DNA from: Clostridiales bacterium
GTDB lineage: Bacteria > Bacillota > Clostridia > Oscillospirales > Oscillospiraceae
Assembly (NCBI GenBank): GCA_022782265.1
Contig: JALFOM010000084.1
Coordinates: 1,961 to 65,960, forward strand
Direction: 5' to 3'
DNA length: 64,000 nucleotides
Below, in pieces: positions 1 to 7,630 of this stretch (the first letter of the stretch is position 1; each line of letters opens with the position of its first letter). Below the pieces are notes generated by a model that worked only from the letters and a program-made list of their open reading frames with translations, made no database searches and was not told where the DNA came from. Position numbers and translations under genes: made by a program.

Positions 1-122
1 ATCAGCCCCGTGAGCTTAAAAAGCAGGCTCCAGCCGAAAAGGGTGAAGGAGCACAGGGCGCTGGTGGACACCACGATGTCTCCGGCCAGCACTGCGTTGA
101 GACATACGATAAAACTTTCCAT
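1..122 (-). CDS. N-terminal part of a small hydrophobic (membrane) protein, open at the left window edge
   Basis: ATG at 122-120 with GAGG 5 nt upstream. My translation is MESFIVCLNAVLAGDIVVSTSALCSFTLFGWSLLFKLTGL, which is hydrophobic. It is absent from the ORF track because it is short and open-ended. Confidence 0.35.
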   Translation of the reverse strand, partial: MESFIVCLNAVLAGDIVVSTSALCSFTLFGWSLLFKLTGL

Positions 123-234
123 GCTTGCCTCGCTCTCCCTCTCTTTGAGTTTAACCCTTGCGGGAAGGCCAAGTCAAGTCTTGCGGTGAGGAACAAATAA
201 TGTTATAGTCTATGCGGAAAAGAGGTCATATACC

Positions 235-1500
235 ATGGATTACAAAGAAGCGCTTGCTTATATTGACGGCGTGGCCTGGTTCGGCTCCAAGCCCGGCCTT
301 TCCCGGGTGACGGAGCTGCTGCACGCCCTGGGCGATCCTCAGGACCGGCTGAAGTTTGTCCACATTGCGGGCACCAACGGCAAGGGCAGCTGCGCCGCCA
401 TGCTTGCCTCGGTGCTGAAGGCCGCAGGCTATAAAACCGGGCTCTTTACCTCCCCCTACCTCTACCGCTTCAATGAGCGGATGCAGATCAACGGGGAAGA
501 GATCGGAAACGAAGATCTGGCGGACATTGTCACCCGGGTGAGTGTCCCTGCTGAAAAAATGGAGGACCATCCCACCGAATTTGAGCTGATGACCGCCGCC
601 GCCATGCTGTGGTATGCGGAGGCGGGCTGCGATATCGTGGTGCTGGAGACCGGTCTGGGCGGAAGGTTCGACGCCACAAACGTCATCTCCCGGCCGGAGG
701 TCTCGGTCATTATGAACATCGGCCTTGACCACACCAAGGTTCTGGGGGACACGGTGGAACAGATCGCCGCCGAAAAGGCGGGGATCATCAAGCCCGGCTG
801 CCCCTGTGTTCTGTACCAGCAGAGCGAGAGCGTCACCCGGGTCATCCGGGACCGCTGCGCCGAAACGGGCTCCGCGCTGACCGTTGCGGATTTTTCTGCC
901 ATCAAGACCGAGTTTGACAGCCTTGAGGGCCAGGTCTTTACCTACAAGGGAGACGCCTACGCCATCCCCCTGCTGGGCGAGCACCAGCGGAAAAACGCCG
1001 CTGTGGTCATTGAGGCGACGGAGGTCCTGCGCCGCAGAGGCTGGAAGCTGCCCCAGGAGGATGTGGAGCACGGGCTGTACGCCGTCAGCTGGCCCGCCCG
1101 CTTTGAGCCGGTGTCCGAGGAACCGTACTTTATTGTGGACGGCGGCCACAACCCCCAGTGCGCCCAGACGGTGGCGGAAAACCTGAAAAACTATTTTCCG
1201 CTCTGCCGCCGGGTGCTGCTGATGGGCGTGCTGGCCGACAAGGACTATAAGAGCCTTTCCGAAATACTGGCCCCGGAGGCGGACGAATTTGTCTGTGTCA
1301 CACCCAGCAGCGACAGGGCCCTGCCCGCAGAGGAGCTGGCGGAGCTGCTCCGGACCTTTGGAAAGCCGGTGACGGTATGTGAAAGCATCAAAGCGGGCGT
1401 GTCCGCCGCCATCGACGCTGCCGGGCCCGACGGCATGGTCTGCGCCGTCGGCTCCCTGTACATGGTGGGGGAGATCCGGGCCTGTTTTGATTTATACTAA
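235..1500 (+). CDS. folC: bifunctional folylpolyglutamate synthase / dihydrofolate synthase
   Basis: 421-aa ORF with the Mur-ligase-type P-loop IAGTNGKGS and a DGGHNP motif. Length is typical of FolC. Confidence 0.9.
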   Translation: MDYKEALAYIDGVAWFGSKPGLSRVTELLHALGDPQDRLKFVHIAGTNGKGSCAAMLASVLKAAGYKTGLFTSPYLYRFNERMQINGEEIGNEDLADIVTRVSVPAEKMEDHPTEFELMTAAAMLWYAEAGCDIVVLETGLGGRFDATNVISRPEVSVIMNIGLDHTKVLGDTVEQIAAEKAGIIKPGCPCVLYQQSESVTRVIRDRCAETGSALTVADFSAIKTEFDSLEGQVFTYKGDAYAIPLLGEHQRKNAAVVIEATEVLRRRGWKLPQEDVEHGLYAVSWPARFEPVSEEPYFIVDGGHNPQCAQTVAENLKNYFPLCRRVLLMGVLADKDYKSLSEILAPEADEFVCVTPSSDRALPAEELAELLRTFGKPVTVCESIKAGVSAAIDAAGPDGMVCAVGSLYMVGEIRACFDLY

Positions 1501-1515
1501 TGAAGGAGAGACGCT

Positions 1516-1926
1516 ATGCGCATCATGGCAATTGATTACGGCGACGCGAGGATCGGTCTGGCGGTTTCGGACCTGCTGGGCATGATCTGCGGCGAGGCCT
1601 GGACCATGGAGGAATGGAACATGGAGCGGGCGTCAAAACGCATCAGCGAAGAAGCGAAAAAGCGGGATGTGGGCACGCTGGTACTGGGCCTGCCCAAGAA
1701 CATGGACGGCAGTGAGGGGCCGAGAGCAGAAAAGAGCCGGGTCTTTCGGGAGCTGCTCATGGCCGACAGCGGTCTGCCCGTGGTTCTCTGGGACGAGCGG
1801 CGCAGCAGCATCGAGGCCCACGCCATCCTCCACGCCGGAGGCAAAAAGGAAAAGCAGCACCGCAAGACCGTGGACGCGGTGGCCGCAAGCCTGATCCTTG
1901 AGGGATATCTGGGAAGCATAAAATAA
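1516..1926 (+). CDS. ruvX: Holliday junction resolvase-like RNase H-fold protein RuvX/YqgF
   Basis: 136 aa. The N-terminus MAIDYGDARIGLAVSD is the YqgF signature. It follows folC by 15 nt. Confidence 0.9.
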   Translation: MRIMAIDYGDARIGLAVSDLLGMICGEAWTMEEWNMERASKRISEEAKKRDVGTLVLGLPKNMDGSEGPRAEKSRVFRELLMADSGLPVVLWDERRSSIEAHAILHAGGKKEKQHRKTVDAVAASLILEGYLGSIK

Positions 1927-1941
1927 GAAGGAGAGGGAAAA

Positions 1942-2766
1942 ATGAACAATACAATCAATTTAGACAACTTTTCTTTCAAAGCCTTTACCGCATCTCTGGG
2001 CCTTTCCAAAATCCTTCCCGCAGTGGTCACCATGGCCATATGCCTGCTGGCCATCTGGCTGCTGACCAAGCTGACGGACAAGCTGCTGGGCCGCTCCAAA
2101 AAGATCGACGGAACCCTGGGCGGCTTCATCCGCTCTGCCGTGCGGGGCGTCATGTGGATTTTGACGGTGATTATCGTGGCAGACGCCCTGGGCATCCCCA
2201 CCACCTCTCTGGTGGCCCTGGTCAGTGTGGTCGGCCTGGCTCTGTCCCTGTCGGTGCAGAATATCATGTCCAATCTCTTCTCCGGCATCACCCTTCTGAT
2301 CACCAAGCCCTTTGTGGCCGGGGATTTTGTGGACATCGCGGGAAAGACCGGCACCATCAAGAGCATGGGCCTGTTTTACACCATGATGGACACGGTGGAC
2401 AACATGGTCATCAACATCCCCAACGGCGATGTGACCGCCGCTTCCATCATCAATTACAGCAAGGAGGAGCTGCGCCGGGTGGACATGCTGTTCTGCGCCT
2501 CCTATGACGACGCTACCGAGGACGTAAAAGCCGCCATTCTGGAGGCCGCGGCGGAGGATGAGCGGATCAAAACCGAGCCCGCGCCCTTTATCGCCCTGAA
2601 CCGGTATAAGGACAGCTGCATTGAATATGTTGTCCGGCTCTGGTGCAAAAATTCCGACTACTGGGCTGTGTATTTCGGCATGAACGAGCGGGTGAGAGCC
2701 GCCTTTGACCGAAACGGCATCCGCATGACCTACGAGCACATGAACGTGCATATTGTTGAAAAATAA
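1942..2766 (+). CDS. mechanosensitive ion channel family protein (MscS type)
   Basis: 274 aa. N-terminal TM helices are followed by an MscS beta-domain-like segment GDFVDIAGKTGTIKSMGLFYTMMDT. Confidence 0.85.
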   Translation: MNNTINLDNFSFKAFTASLGLSKILPAVVTMAICLLAIWLLTKLTDKLLGRSKKIDGTLGGFIRSAVRGVMWILTVIIVADALGIPTTSLVALVSVVGLALSLSVQNIMSNLFSGITLLITKPFVAGDFVDIAGKTGTIKSMGLFYTMMDTVDNMVINIPNGDVTAASIINYSKEELRRVDMLFCASYDDATEDVKAAILEAAAEDERIKTEPAPFIALNRYKDSCIEYVVRLWCKNSDYWAVYFGMNERVRAAFDRNGIRMTYEHMNVHIVEK

Positions 2767-2770
2767 TGCC

Positions 2771-2808
2771 AAAAGCGGCCATTACAACGCTGTAACGGCC
2801 GCTTTTTT
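2771..2808 (+). terminator. rho-independent terminator after the MscS gene
   Basis: aaaagcggcc...ggccgctttttt: GC-rich stem GCGGCC/GGCCGC followed by a T6 run. Confidence 0.7.
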
Positions 2809-2912
2809 GCACATAAAATTGGAAAATTGAAATATTTATCCGCCTTTATTTTCTCTGCCGCCGCACATAATGATAGTGCGGTGATTTCACGCGGGAGGGA
2901 GAAAATTTTGGC

Positions 2913-3836
2913 ATGAAAAAAACGATCATTACAGCGCTGATGTGCCTGGCGCTGGTCTCTGCCATGCCCACGGCGGCCTATGCCATGGAGCTTGTGGTAG
3001 GCGGGCAGCCGATGGGAATACAGCTCAATACCGACGGGGTAATGGTGGCAGGGCTGGCCTCCATAGAGACGGCAGAGGGCAAGAAGTCCCCCGCCGCCGA
3101 CGCAGGCTTTCGCCAGGGCGACATCATTATCAAAATCGGCGAGAGAAAAGTGAGCTGCGCGGCGGATTTTATTGACGCGGTGGCGGCGCTGAACGGGCAG
3201 AGCGCCCCGGTCACGGCCCTGAGAGACGGCAAAACGGTGGAGATGAGGGTGCAGCCGGTACTGTCCGGCGAGAACCAGTGGATGCTGGGCATGTGGCTTC
3301 GCGACGGCATATCGGGTATTGGCACTTTGACCTTTTGCGATCCGGACTCCGGGATATACGGCGCGCTGGGCCACAGTGTGAATGACGAGGACAGCGGCGT
3401 GATCCTGCCTCTGGGCGACGGCAGCATCAGCAGCGCCCAGATTGTGGGCGTCGTGCCCGGATCTCAGGGCGCGCCGGGTGAGCTGACCGGTGCCACCGAC
3501 ACCGGCAAGATCCTGGGCAGCGTGGAAAAGAACACGGAAAAGGGGATTTACGGTCACAGCTATGTGTCCCTGGGCGGCAAGGTGGTGGAGACCGGCAAGA
3601 TTCAAACCGGCAGCGCCTCGATTATTTCCACCGTCAGCGGCAGCGAGCCGAAGGAATACGCGGTGGAGATCAACCGGGTGTACAGTGAAAGCGGCTGTAC
3701 CCGGGTGATGCTGACCGTCACAGACCCTGAGCTCTGCGCCGCCACCGGCGGCATCGTACAGGGCATGAGCGGCAGCCCTATCCTCCAGAACGGCTGCCTG
3801 GTGGGTGCGGTGACCCATGTGTCAGTACCCACATGA
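2913..3836 (+). CDS. spoIVB: SpoIVB peptidase (S55), 5' portion of a gene split by an insertion; reads into the element and stops after 4 foreign codons
   Basis: Signal/TM N-terminus, PDZ-like GFRQGDIIIKIGERKV, catalytic His context GALGHSV and Ser context GMSGSPILQNG. The ORF ends ...GAVTHVSVPT* directly after the 17-bp junction repeat. The conserved tail is found at 13290-13388. Confidence 0.9.
   Translation: MKKTIITALMCLALVSAMPTAAYAMELVVGGQPMGIQLNTDGVMVAGLASIETAEGKKSPAADAGFRQGDIIIKIGERKVSCAADFIDAVAALNGQSAPVTALRDGKTVEMRVQPVLSGENQWMLGMWLRDGISGIGTLTFCDPDSGIYGALGHSVNDEDSGVILPLGDGSISSAQIVGVVPGSQGAPGELTGATDTGKILGSVEKNTEKGIYGHSYVSLGGKVVETGKIQTGSASIISTVSGSEPKEYAVEINRVYSESGCTRVMLTVTDPELCAATGGIVQGMSGSPILQNGCLVGAVTHVSVPT
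3806..3822 (+). repeat. left junction core (attL) TGCGGTGACCCATGTGT
   Basis: Identical 17-mer at 13289-13305. The flanking bases differ on both sides (g/a before, c/t after). Confidence 0.9.
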
Positions 3837-4006
3837 TACCCACCAGAAAGAAAGCGTTTCCTCACACAAAATACATAGTCACGGAAAGCGAGAATACGGA
3901 AAAAGCAACAAGAGCGCGGCGTCACGGCTGCGCTCTTGCTGCTTCATTTGTCTGATTGCATGATTATGACCGCAAAAGACATACAATAATTTTTTGGATT
4001 TAATAG

Positions 4007-4035
4007 TTGACAAAAGCAACGAATTTTAGTAATAT
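4007..4035 (+). promoter_or_regulatory. sigma-A type promoter of the two-gene cassette
   Basis: TTGACA (4007-4012), 17-nt spacer, TAATAT (4030-4035), 28 nt upstream of the ATG at 4064. Confidence 0.55.
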
Positions 4036-4063
4036 AGGCGCAGAAAAATATTGGAGGTTTTGC

Positions 4064-4687
4064 ATGAACCATTTCGATCTGAAATCTGAACTGATTACGC
4101 CCGCTGTTGCTCTGAAGCTTGTCCCTGCATTTGTTTCCGCTTATGAACTTGCCGCCTCTGCGGCTAACGAAATTGAGTTTCTCGGTGGAGAACTGCGGTA
4201 TCAGATTCTTCCTCATCTCCGTAACTGGGCGGTCGAGTTTGAGCTGGACAGGCGGGCACGCTTGGGCTTGATTCCGTTTTCCAGTAGCTTTGAGAGCAAC
4301 TCAAGGAACAATCACAGGCATCTTGAACTTCGGAAAGGCAATGTACTTCTTACGATAAGCCAGACGCATCACTGCATCGATCTTCCGCGTGATTGCGTGT
4401 TTCGTAACGAGCACTGCGAAAATGGGCAGTATTGCTTGGAAGGCTTCGAGGAAAAAGTTGACACCGCCAGCAAAAACATTTATGCTATCCTTACGCATGG
4501 TCAGGGCAAATCTGCTCCGGGCTTCATCCTCTGTGGCGTCCCTGCTCCGGATATGAAAAAGTGGTCCCAGGCGGTCAACCTTTATGATGTTGTTCGCAAT
4601 CTTGAGCTCGTAGACGATGCGCCTGTTACCGAAGAAATCCACCTGGGGTACAGAGAGTCCGTGAAAAAGAATATTACCAATGCTTGA
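4064..4687 (+). CDS. hypothetical protein, 207 aa, no family recognised
   Basis: ATG at 4064 preceded by GGAGG with 7-nt spacing (the track start at 4007 is a TTG inside the promoter). This is a 624-nt open frame in comparatively AT-rich DNA. It lies 16 nt upstream of the XRE-ImmA gene, so an operon is likely. Confidence 0.7.
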   Translation: MNHFDLKSELITPAVALKLVPAFVSAYELAASAANEIEFLGGELRYQILPHLRNWAVEFELDRRARLGLIPFSSSFESNSRNNHRHLELRKGNVLLTISQTHHCIDLPRDCVFRNEHCENGQYCLEGFEEKVDTASKNIYAILTHGQGKSAPGFILCGVPAPDMKKWSQAVNLYDVVRNLELVDDAPVTEEIHLGYRESVKKNITNA

Positions 4688-4703
4688 TGGGAGGCTTTAG
4701 ACA

Positions 4704-5876
4704 ATGTCTAGGCAATCCAAAATTGCTCAAAAAGAGCCTTTGGTGCCGGAAAGGATACGAGAAGCTCGGCTTGCAAGGGGCATGTCGGCAATAGATCTAG
4801 CTAGCGCAATTGGAGTATCCAGGCAAGCAATTTCAAAATATGAGCTTGGAAGTGCCGAGCCTAGTTTTGCAGTCCTTGAGGCTCTTTCTAATACCCTTAG
4901 AATGCCCATTTCTTTCTTTTCAAAACCACCTGAGGCCGGAGCAAACCGGGGAACGACTTTTTACCGCAGCTTAAAAACCAACGCGGCACGTGCAAAAGAC
5001 ATTATGGCGACCAAGAGTGAGTGGGCTTCAGAAATAGCTAGTTTTGTAGAGCGAGGAATAGTTTTTCCTGATGTGGATATCCCGAGCCTTCCCGAAGAAT
5101 TCAATAATGCAGAAGCATTTTCTGACGAGGAAATAGAAGATATTGCGGAGTATGTTCGACGCTGCTGGAAGTTAGGGAATGGCCCTATCCCTAATATTTC
5201 GAGGACACTTGAGGCCCACGGGGTTGTAATCTCCACCATAAAAACCGGATGCGAAGAAACTGACGCTTGTTCATGCTTCATAGATTCTCGCCCATTCATT
5301 TTCCTGGATACACAAAAGGAGTGCGCCGTACGAACAAGATTTAATCTCTCACATGAACTTGGGCACCTTATTTTGCATGGCGGGATCTCGCAGAGTGACA
5401 TTGCAGACAAAAAAGAGCAAGATCGAATTGAAAAAGAAGCAAACCATTTTGCTTCGTGTTTTTTGCTCCCAAGAGAATCCTTTCTGCGAGATATCCGCTC
5501 AACATCGCTGACTTCCTTCCTGCCGTTGAAGAAAAAATGGAAGGTTTCTATTCAAGCTATGGTATATAGGTGCAAGGAACTTGGCGTTTTTTCAGATAGC
5601 CAGATGATCTATATACAAAAACAAATATCTGCAAGGCGCTGGAGAAAAAACGAACCGTTTGATGATGAGTGGCCCTGTGAAGAACCAATCGTACTAAGGA
5701 CTGCGGTCAATATGCTTGTTGACCGAGGAGACTTTTCTAAAGAGGATTTTAGTTCAATCCTTAGGTTCCCTGCGTTAGATATCGAGGAGATTTGCTCTTT
5801 GCCAGAAGGATTTCTAAGCGAAAGGGAACAGGATATGCCAATAATCATTGATTTTGCCACAAAAAGGCAGATCTAA
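4704..5876 (+). CDS. XRE-family HTH fused to ImmA/IrrE (COG2856-type) zinc metallopeptidase
   Basis: 390 aa. N-terminal HTH: IREARLARGMSAIDLASAIGVSRQAISKYELG. HEXXH motif: SHELGHLILH. Downstream EKEANHFASCFLLP supplies the third-ligand region typical of the ImmA/IrrE family. A C-terminal extension of roughly 100 aa follows. Confidence 0.85.
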   Translation: MSRQSKIAQKEPLVPERIREARLARGMSAIDLASAIGVSRQAISKYELGSAEPSFAVLEALSNTLRMPISFFSKPPEAGANRGTTFYRSLKTNAARAKDIMATKSEWASEIASFVERGIVFPDVDIPSLPEEFNNAEAFSDEEIEDIAEYVRRCWKLGNGPIPNISRTLEAHGVVISTIKTGCEETDACSCFIDSRPFIFLDTQKECAVRTRFNLSHELGHLILHGGISQSDIADKKEQDRIEKEANHFASCFLLPRESFLRDIRSTSLTSFLPLKKKWKVSIQAMVYRCKELGVFSDSQMIYIQKQISARRWRKNEPFDDEWPCEEPIVLRTAVNMLVDRGDFSKEDFSSILRFPALDIEEICSLPEGFLSEREQDMPIIIDFATKRQI

Positions 5877-5905
5877 CCGAAACAATACAATATTGTTGTC
5901 CTTTA

Positions 5906-5937
5906 GGGAAGCATGTTTAAGAAGCATGCTTCCCTTT
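5906..5937 (+). terminator. rho-independent terminator closing the two-gene cassette
   Basis: gggaagcatg ... catgcttccc stem followed by tttt. Confidence 0.65.
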
Positions 5938-5985
5938 TCGCGTAGAAGCTATTCCAATTTAATCACAAGGAGGCGGACAGAACGC

Positions 5986-6336
5986 ATGAGAGCACTGGTT
6001 GCTCAAGAAGGGAGCTTTTCTTTTTACCGGGTTCCCCGGCAGCTTATCAAGGGGCGGGAGTATCGTCCGCTGTCGCCCGCTGGGAAGCTGCTGTTTGCCC
6101 TGCTTCTCGACCGCGTGAGCCTGTCCGTAAAAAACGGCTGGCGGGACGGGGAGGGGCGGACATATGTGTATTACGCCGTCGCGGAGATCTGCGAGGACTT
6201 CGGCTGCAGCCGCGTCACCGCCGGAAAGCTGCTTTCGGAGCTGGAGCGGATCGGCCTGATCGAGCGAAAAAAGCAGGGCCAGGGCAAGCCGGATCGGATT
6301 TGCGTCCTGCAATTTTGCGCCAAACCGGACTTCTAG
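5986..6336 (+). CDS. replication initiator A (RepA_N) N-terminal domain only, probable remnant
   Basis: ATG at 5986 after AAGGAGG. The sequence FYRVPRQLIKGREYRPLSPAGKLLFALLLDRVSLSVKNGWRDGEGRTYVYY...GLIERKKQGQGKPDRI matches my memory of the Firmicute RepA_N winged-helix domain. At 116 aa it lacks the usual C-terminal half. Confidence 0.7.
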   Translation: MRALVAQEGSFSFYRVPRQLIKGREYRPLSPAGKLLFALLLDRVSLSVKNGWRDGEGRTYVYYAVAEICEDFGCSRVTAGKLLSELERIGLIERKKQGQGKPDRICVLQFCAKPDF

Positions 6337-6365
6337 ACTTCCCAAAAGGAAACTTCTAGACTTCC
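6329..6365 (+). repeat. tandem iteron-like repeats ACTTCTAGACTTCC x2 (23-bp register)
   Basis: Copies at 6329-6342 and 6352-6365. The related 11-mer CCCGAAGTCTG occurs at 6371-6381 and 6516-6526, and an AT-rich stretch lies at 6390-6500. Confidence 0.45.
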
Positions 6366-6539
6366 GCTTTCCCGAAGTCTGGAGGTAAAAATCTTTTACA
6401 TCAAGAAACCAAAAACTTATGCCCTAATAAGACTGATAGAAAGAAACTGATAAAATTATACTGAGTGATCTATTCATCCATCTATCTATCATTACTACTA
6501 ATCTGCGCGTCAAAACCCGAAGTCTGAAAGGCGCAAATG

Positions 6540-6556
6540 TGTCTCACCGTGAGACA
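6540..6556. repeat. 17-bp palindrome TGTCTCAC-C-GTGAGACA (copy 1)
   Basis: Read directly. Followed by agttttctctttt. The flanks aaatg...(a)gtttt are shared with copy 3. Confidence 0.85.
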
Positions 6557-6598
6557 AGTTTTCTCTTTTCATGCGACAAAAGGAGAAAATACGCACCG

Positions 6599-6664
6599 TG
6601 TTAAGCAAGTATGGCATTTGTTAAACACAAACGCCCTTGTTAGGGGATGACCCCTAAAACCCCG
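6599..6664 (+). repeat. left arm of a ~65-nt imperfect inverted repeat
   Basis: Contains AAGCAAGTATGGCATTTG (6603-6620), the exact reverse complement of 10652-10669. Similarity extends through caaacgcc and a ttagggg...cctaa hairpin. Confidence 0.75.
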
Positions 6665-6717
6665 CGCAGCGGAACAAACAGACGCCTTTTGGAGAAACAC
6701 CGAACCAAGATGTGCCG

Positions 6718-6746
6718 TTGACAATTAGCGTAATTATGCATATAAT
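6718..6746 (+). promoter_or_regulatory. consensus sigma-A promoter of the Phd/RelE operon
   Basis: TTGACA (6718-6723), 17-nt spacer, TATAAT (6741-6746). AAGGAGG RBS before the ATG at 6771. Confidence 0.65.
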
Positions 6747-6770
6747 AATGCTAAGCAAGGAGGTGGCGAG

Positions 6771-7058
6771 ATGCCAAATATTCGTCCTGTTTCCGATCTG
6801 AGAAATCATTTCGCTGAGATTACCAAAGACGCTCAGCTCAGCGGTGAGCCGATCTTCCTGACCAAGAACGGCGTCGGCTCCATCGTTGTCATGAGCATGG
6901 AGAGCTACGAGCAGAACCGCTATGACAGCATGGTCTACGACAAGCTGCGCGAGGCGGAGCTGCAGGCTGCCAGCACGACGGAGCGTTTGAGCCATGCCGA
7001 TGTTATGGCGAAAGCGCGTGCGTTTCTGAGCGGTGCGGAGGAGCAAAAGCGTGCATAA
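6771..7058 (+). CDS. type II antitoxin, Phd/YefM family
   Basis: 95 aa. The N-terminus MPNIRPVSDLRNHFAEITKDAQLSGEPIFLTKNGVGSIVVMSMESYE is the Phd/YefM fold signature. It overlaps the downstream toxin gene. Confidence 0.85.
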   Translation: MPNIRPVSDLRNHFAEITKDAQLSGEPIFLTKNGVGSIVVMSMESYEQNRYDSMVYDKLREAELQAASTTERLSHADVMAKARAFLSGAEEQKRA

Positions 7059-7359
7059 GATCGTTTATTTGCCGCTGGCGGAGAGCGACTTGATGGACGC
7101 GCTGGGCTATATTGCCTACACGCTGGACGCGCCAAAAGCCGCCCGCGATCTGCTGGCCGAGTTTGACGAGACGGTACAGCGCATCGCGGAGTTCCCCTAC
7201 GCCCACGAGCTTTACCGGACAGACCGCCCGATGAAAGACGAGATCCGCAAGGTGCCGGTCAAGAACTATGTGCTCTATTATGCCGTCTTTCAAGACCGCG
7301 TAGAGATTCGCCGCTTTCTCTACGGCAAGAGAGACAGAAGCAGAATCGATGAAGAATAA
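7051..7359 (+). CDS. type II toxin, RelE/ParE family
   Basis: GTG at 7051 overlaps the antitoxin stop by 8 nt. About 102 aa with a DEIRKVPVKNYVLYYAVFQDRVEIRRFLYGKRD ParE/RelE-like C-terminus. Confidence 0.8.
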   Translation: MHKIVYLPLAESDLMDALGYIAYTLDAPKAARDLLAEFDETVQRIAEFPYAHELYRTDRPMKDEIRKVPVKNYVLYYAVFQDRVEIRRFLYGKRDRSRIDEE

Positions 7360-7528
7360 TGCAACACAGAAGATGAAGCTGCCCGCCGTCCCCGTCCCGG
7401 ACATGAGCAATCTCACGAAGGAGCAGTTGAAAGCGGAAATCGAGAAGGGCTTTGCTGACACTGCCGCCGGACGAGTAACGCCCGCTGCCGAGGTGTTTGC
7501 CGAGCTGCGGGGGAAAGACACGCAGTAA
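7349..7528 (+). CDS. small antitoxin-like ORF (59 aa)
   Basis: ATG at 7349 overlaps the RelE stop. The C-terminus LKAEIEKGFADTAAGRVTPAAEVFAELR resembles the tail of RelB/ParD-type antitoxin-like proteins (from memory). Below the ORF-track size cut-off. Confidence 0.4.
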   Translation: MKNNATQKMKLPAVPVPDMSNLTKEQLKAEIEKGFADTAAGRVTPAAEVFAELRGKDTQ

Positions 7529-7538
7529 ACCCATAATC

Positions 7539-7555
7539 CGTTTCACCGTGAAACG
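7539..7555. repeat. 17-bp palindrome CGTTTCAC-C-GTGAAACG
   Basis: Read directly. The flank aatccgtttcac is shared with the copy at 10579-10603. Confidence 0.8.
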
Positions 7556-7583
7556 AATTTACAAACGAATAGCTATCAACCGG

Positions 7584-7610
7584 AAACTTGTCTCACCGTG
7601 AGACAAGTTT
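7584..7610. repeat. 27-bp palindrome AAACTTGTCTCAC-C-GTGAGACAAGTTT (copy 2), terminator-like and possible oriT inverted repeat
   Basis: 13-bp perfect arms followed by ccttttttc. It sits immediately upstream of the mobC RBS. Confidence 0.8.
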
Positions 7611-7630
7611 CCTTTTTTCATGGAGGTGTT

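Noticed and set aside
3944-4216. 90-aa minus-strand ORF at the left end of the element
   Set aside because: It overlaps the promoter and 5' end of the better-supported plus-strand gene. Its translation is Cys/Phe/Lys-rich and has no RBS.
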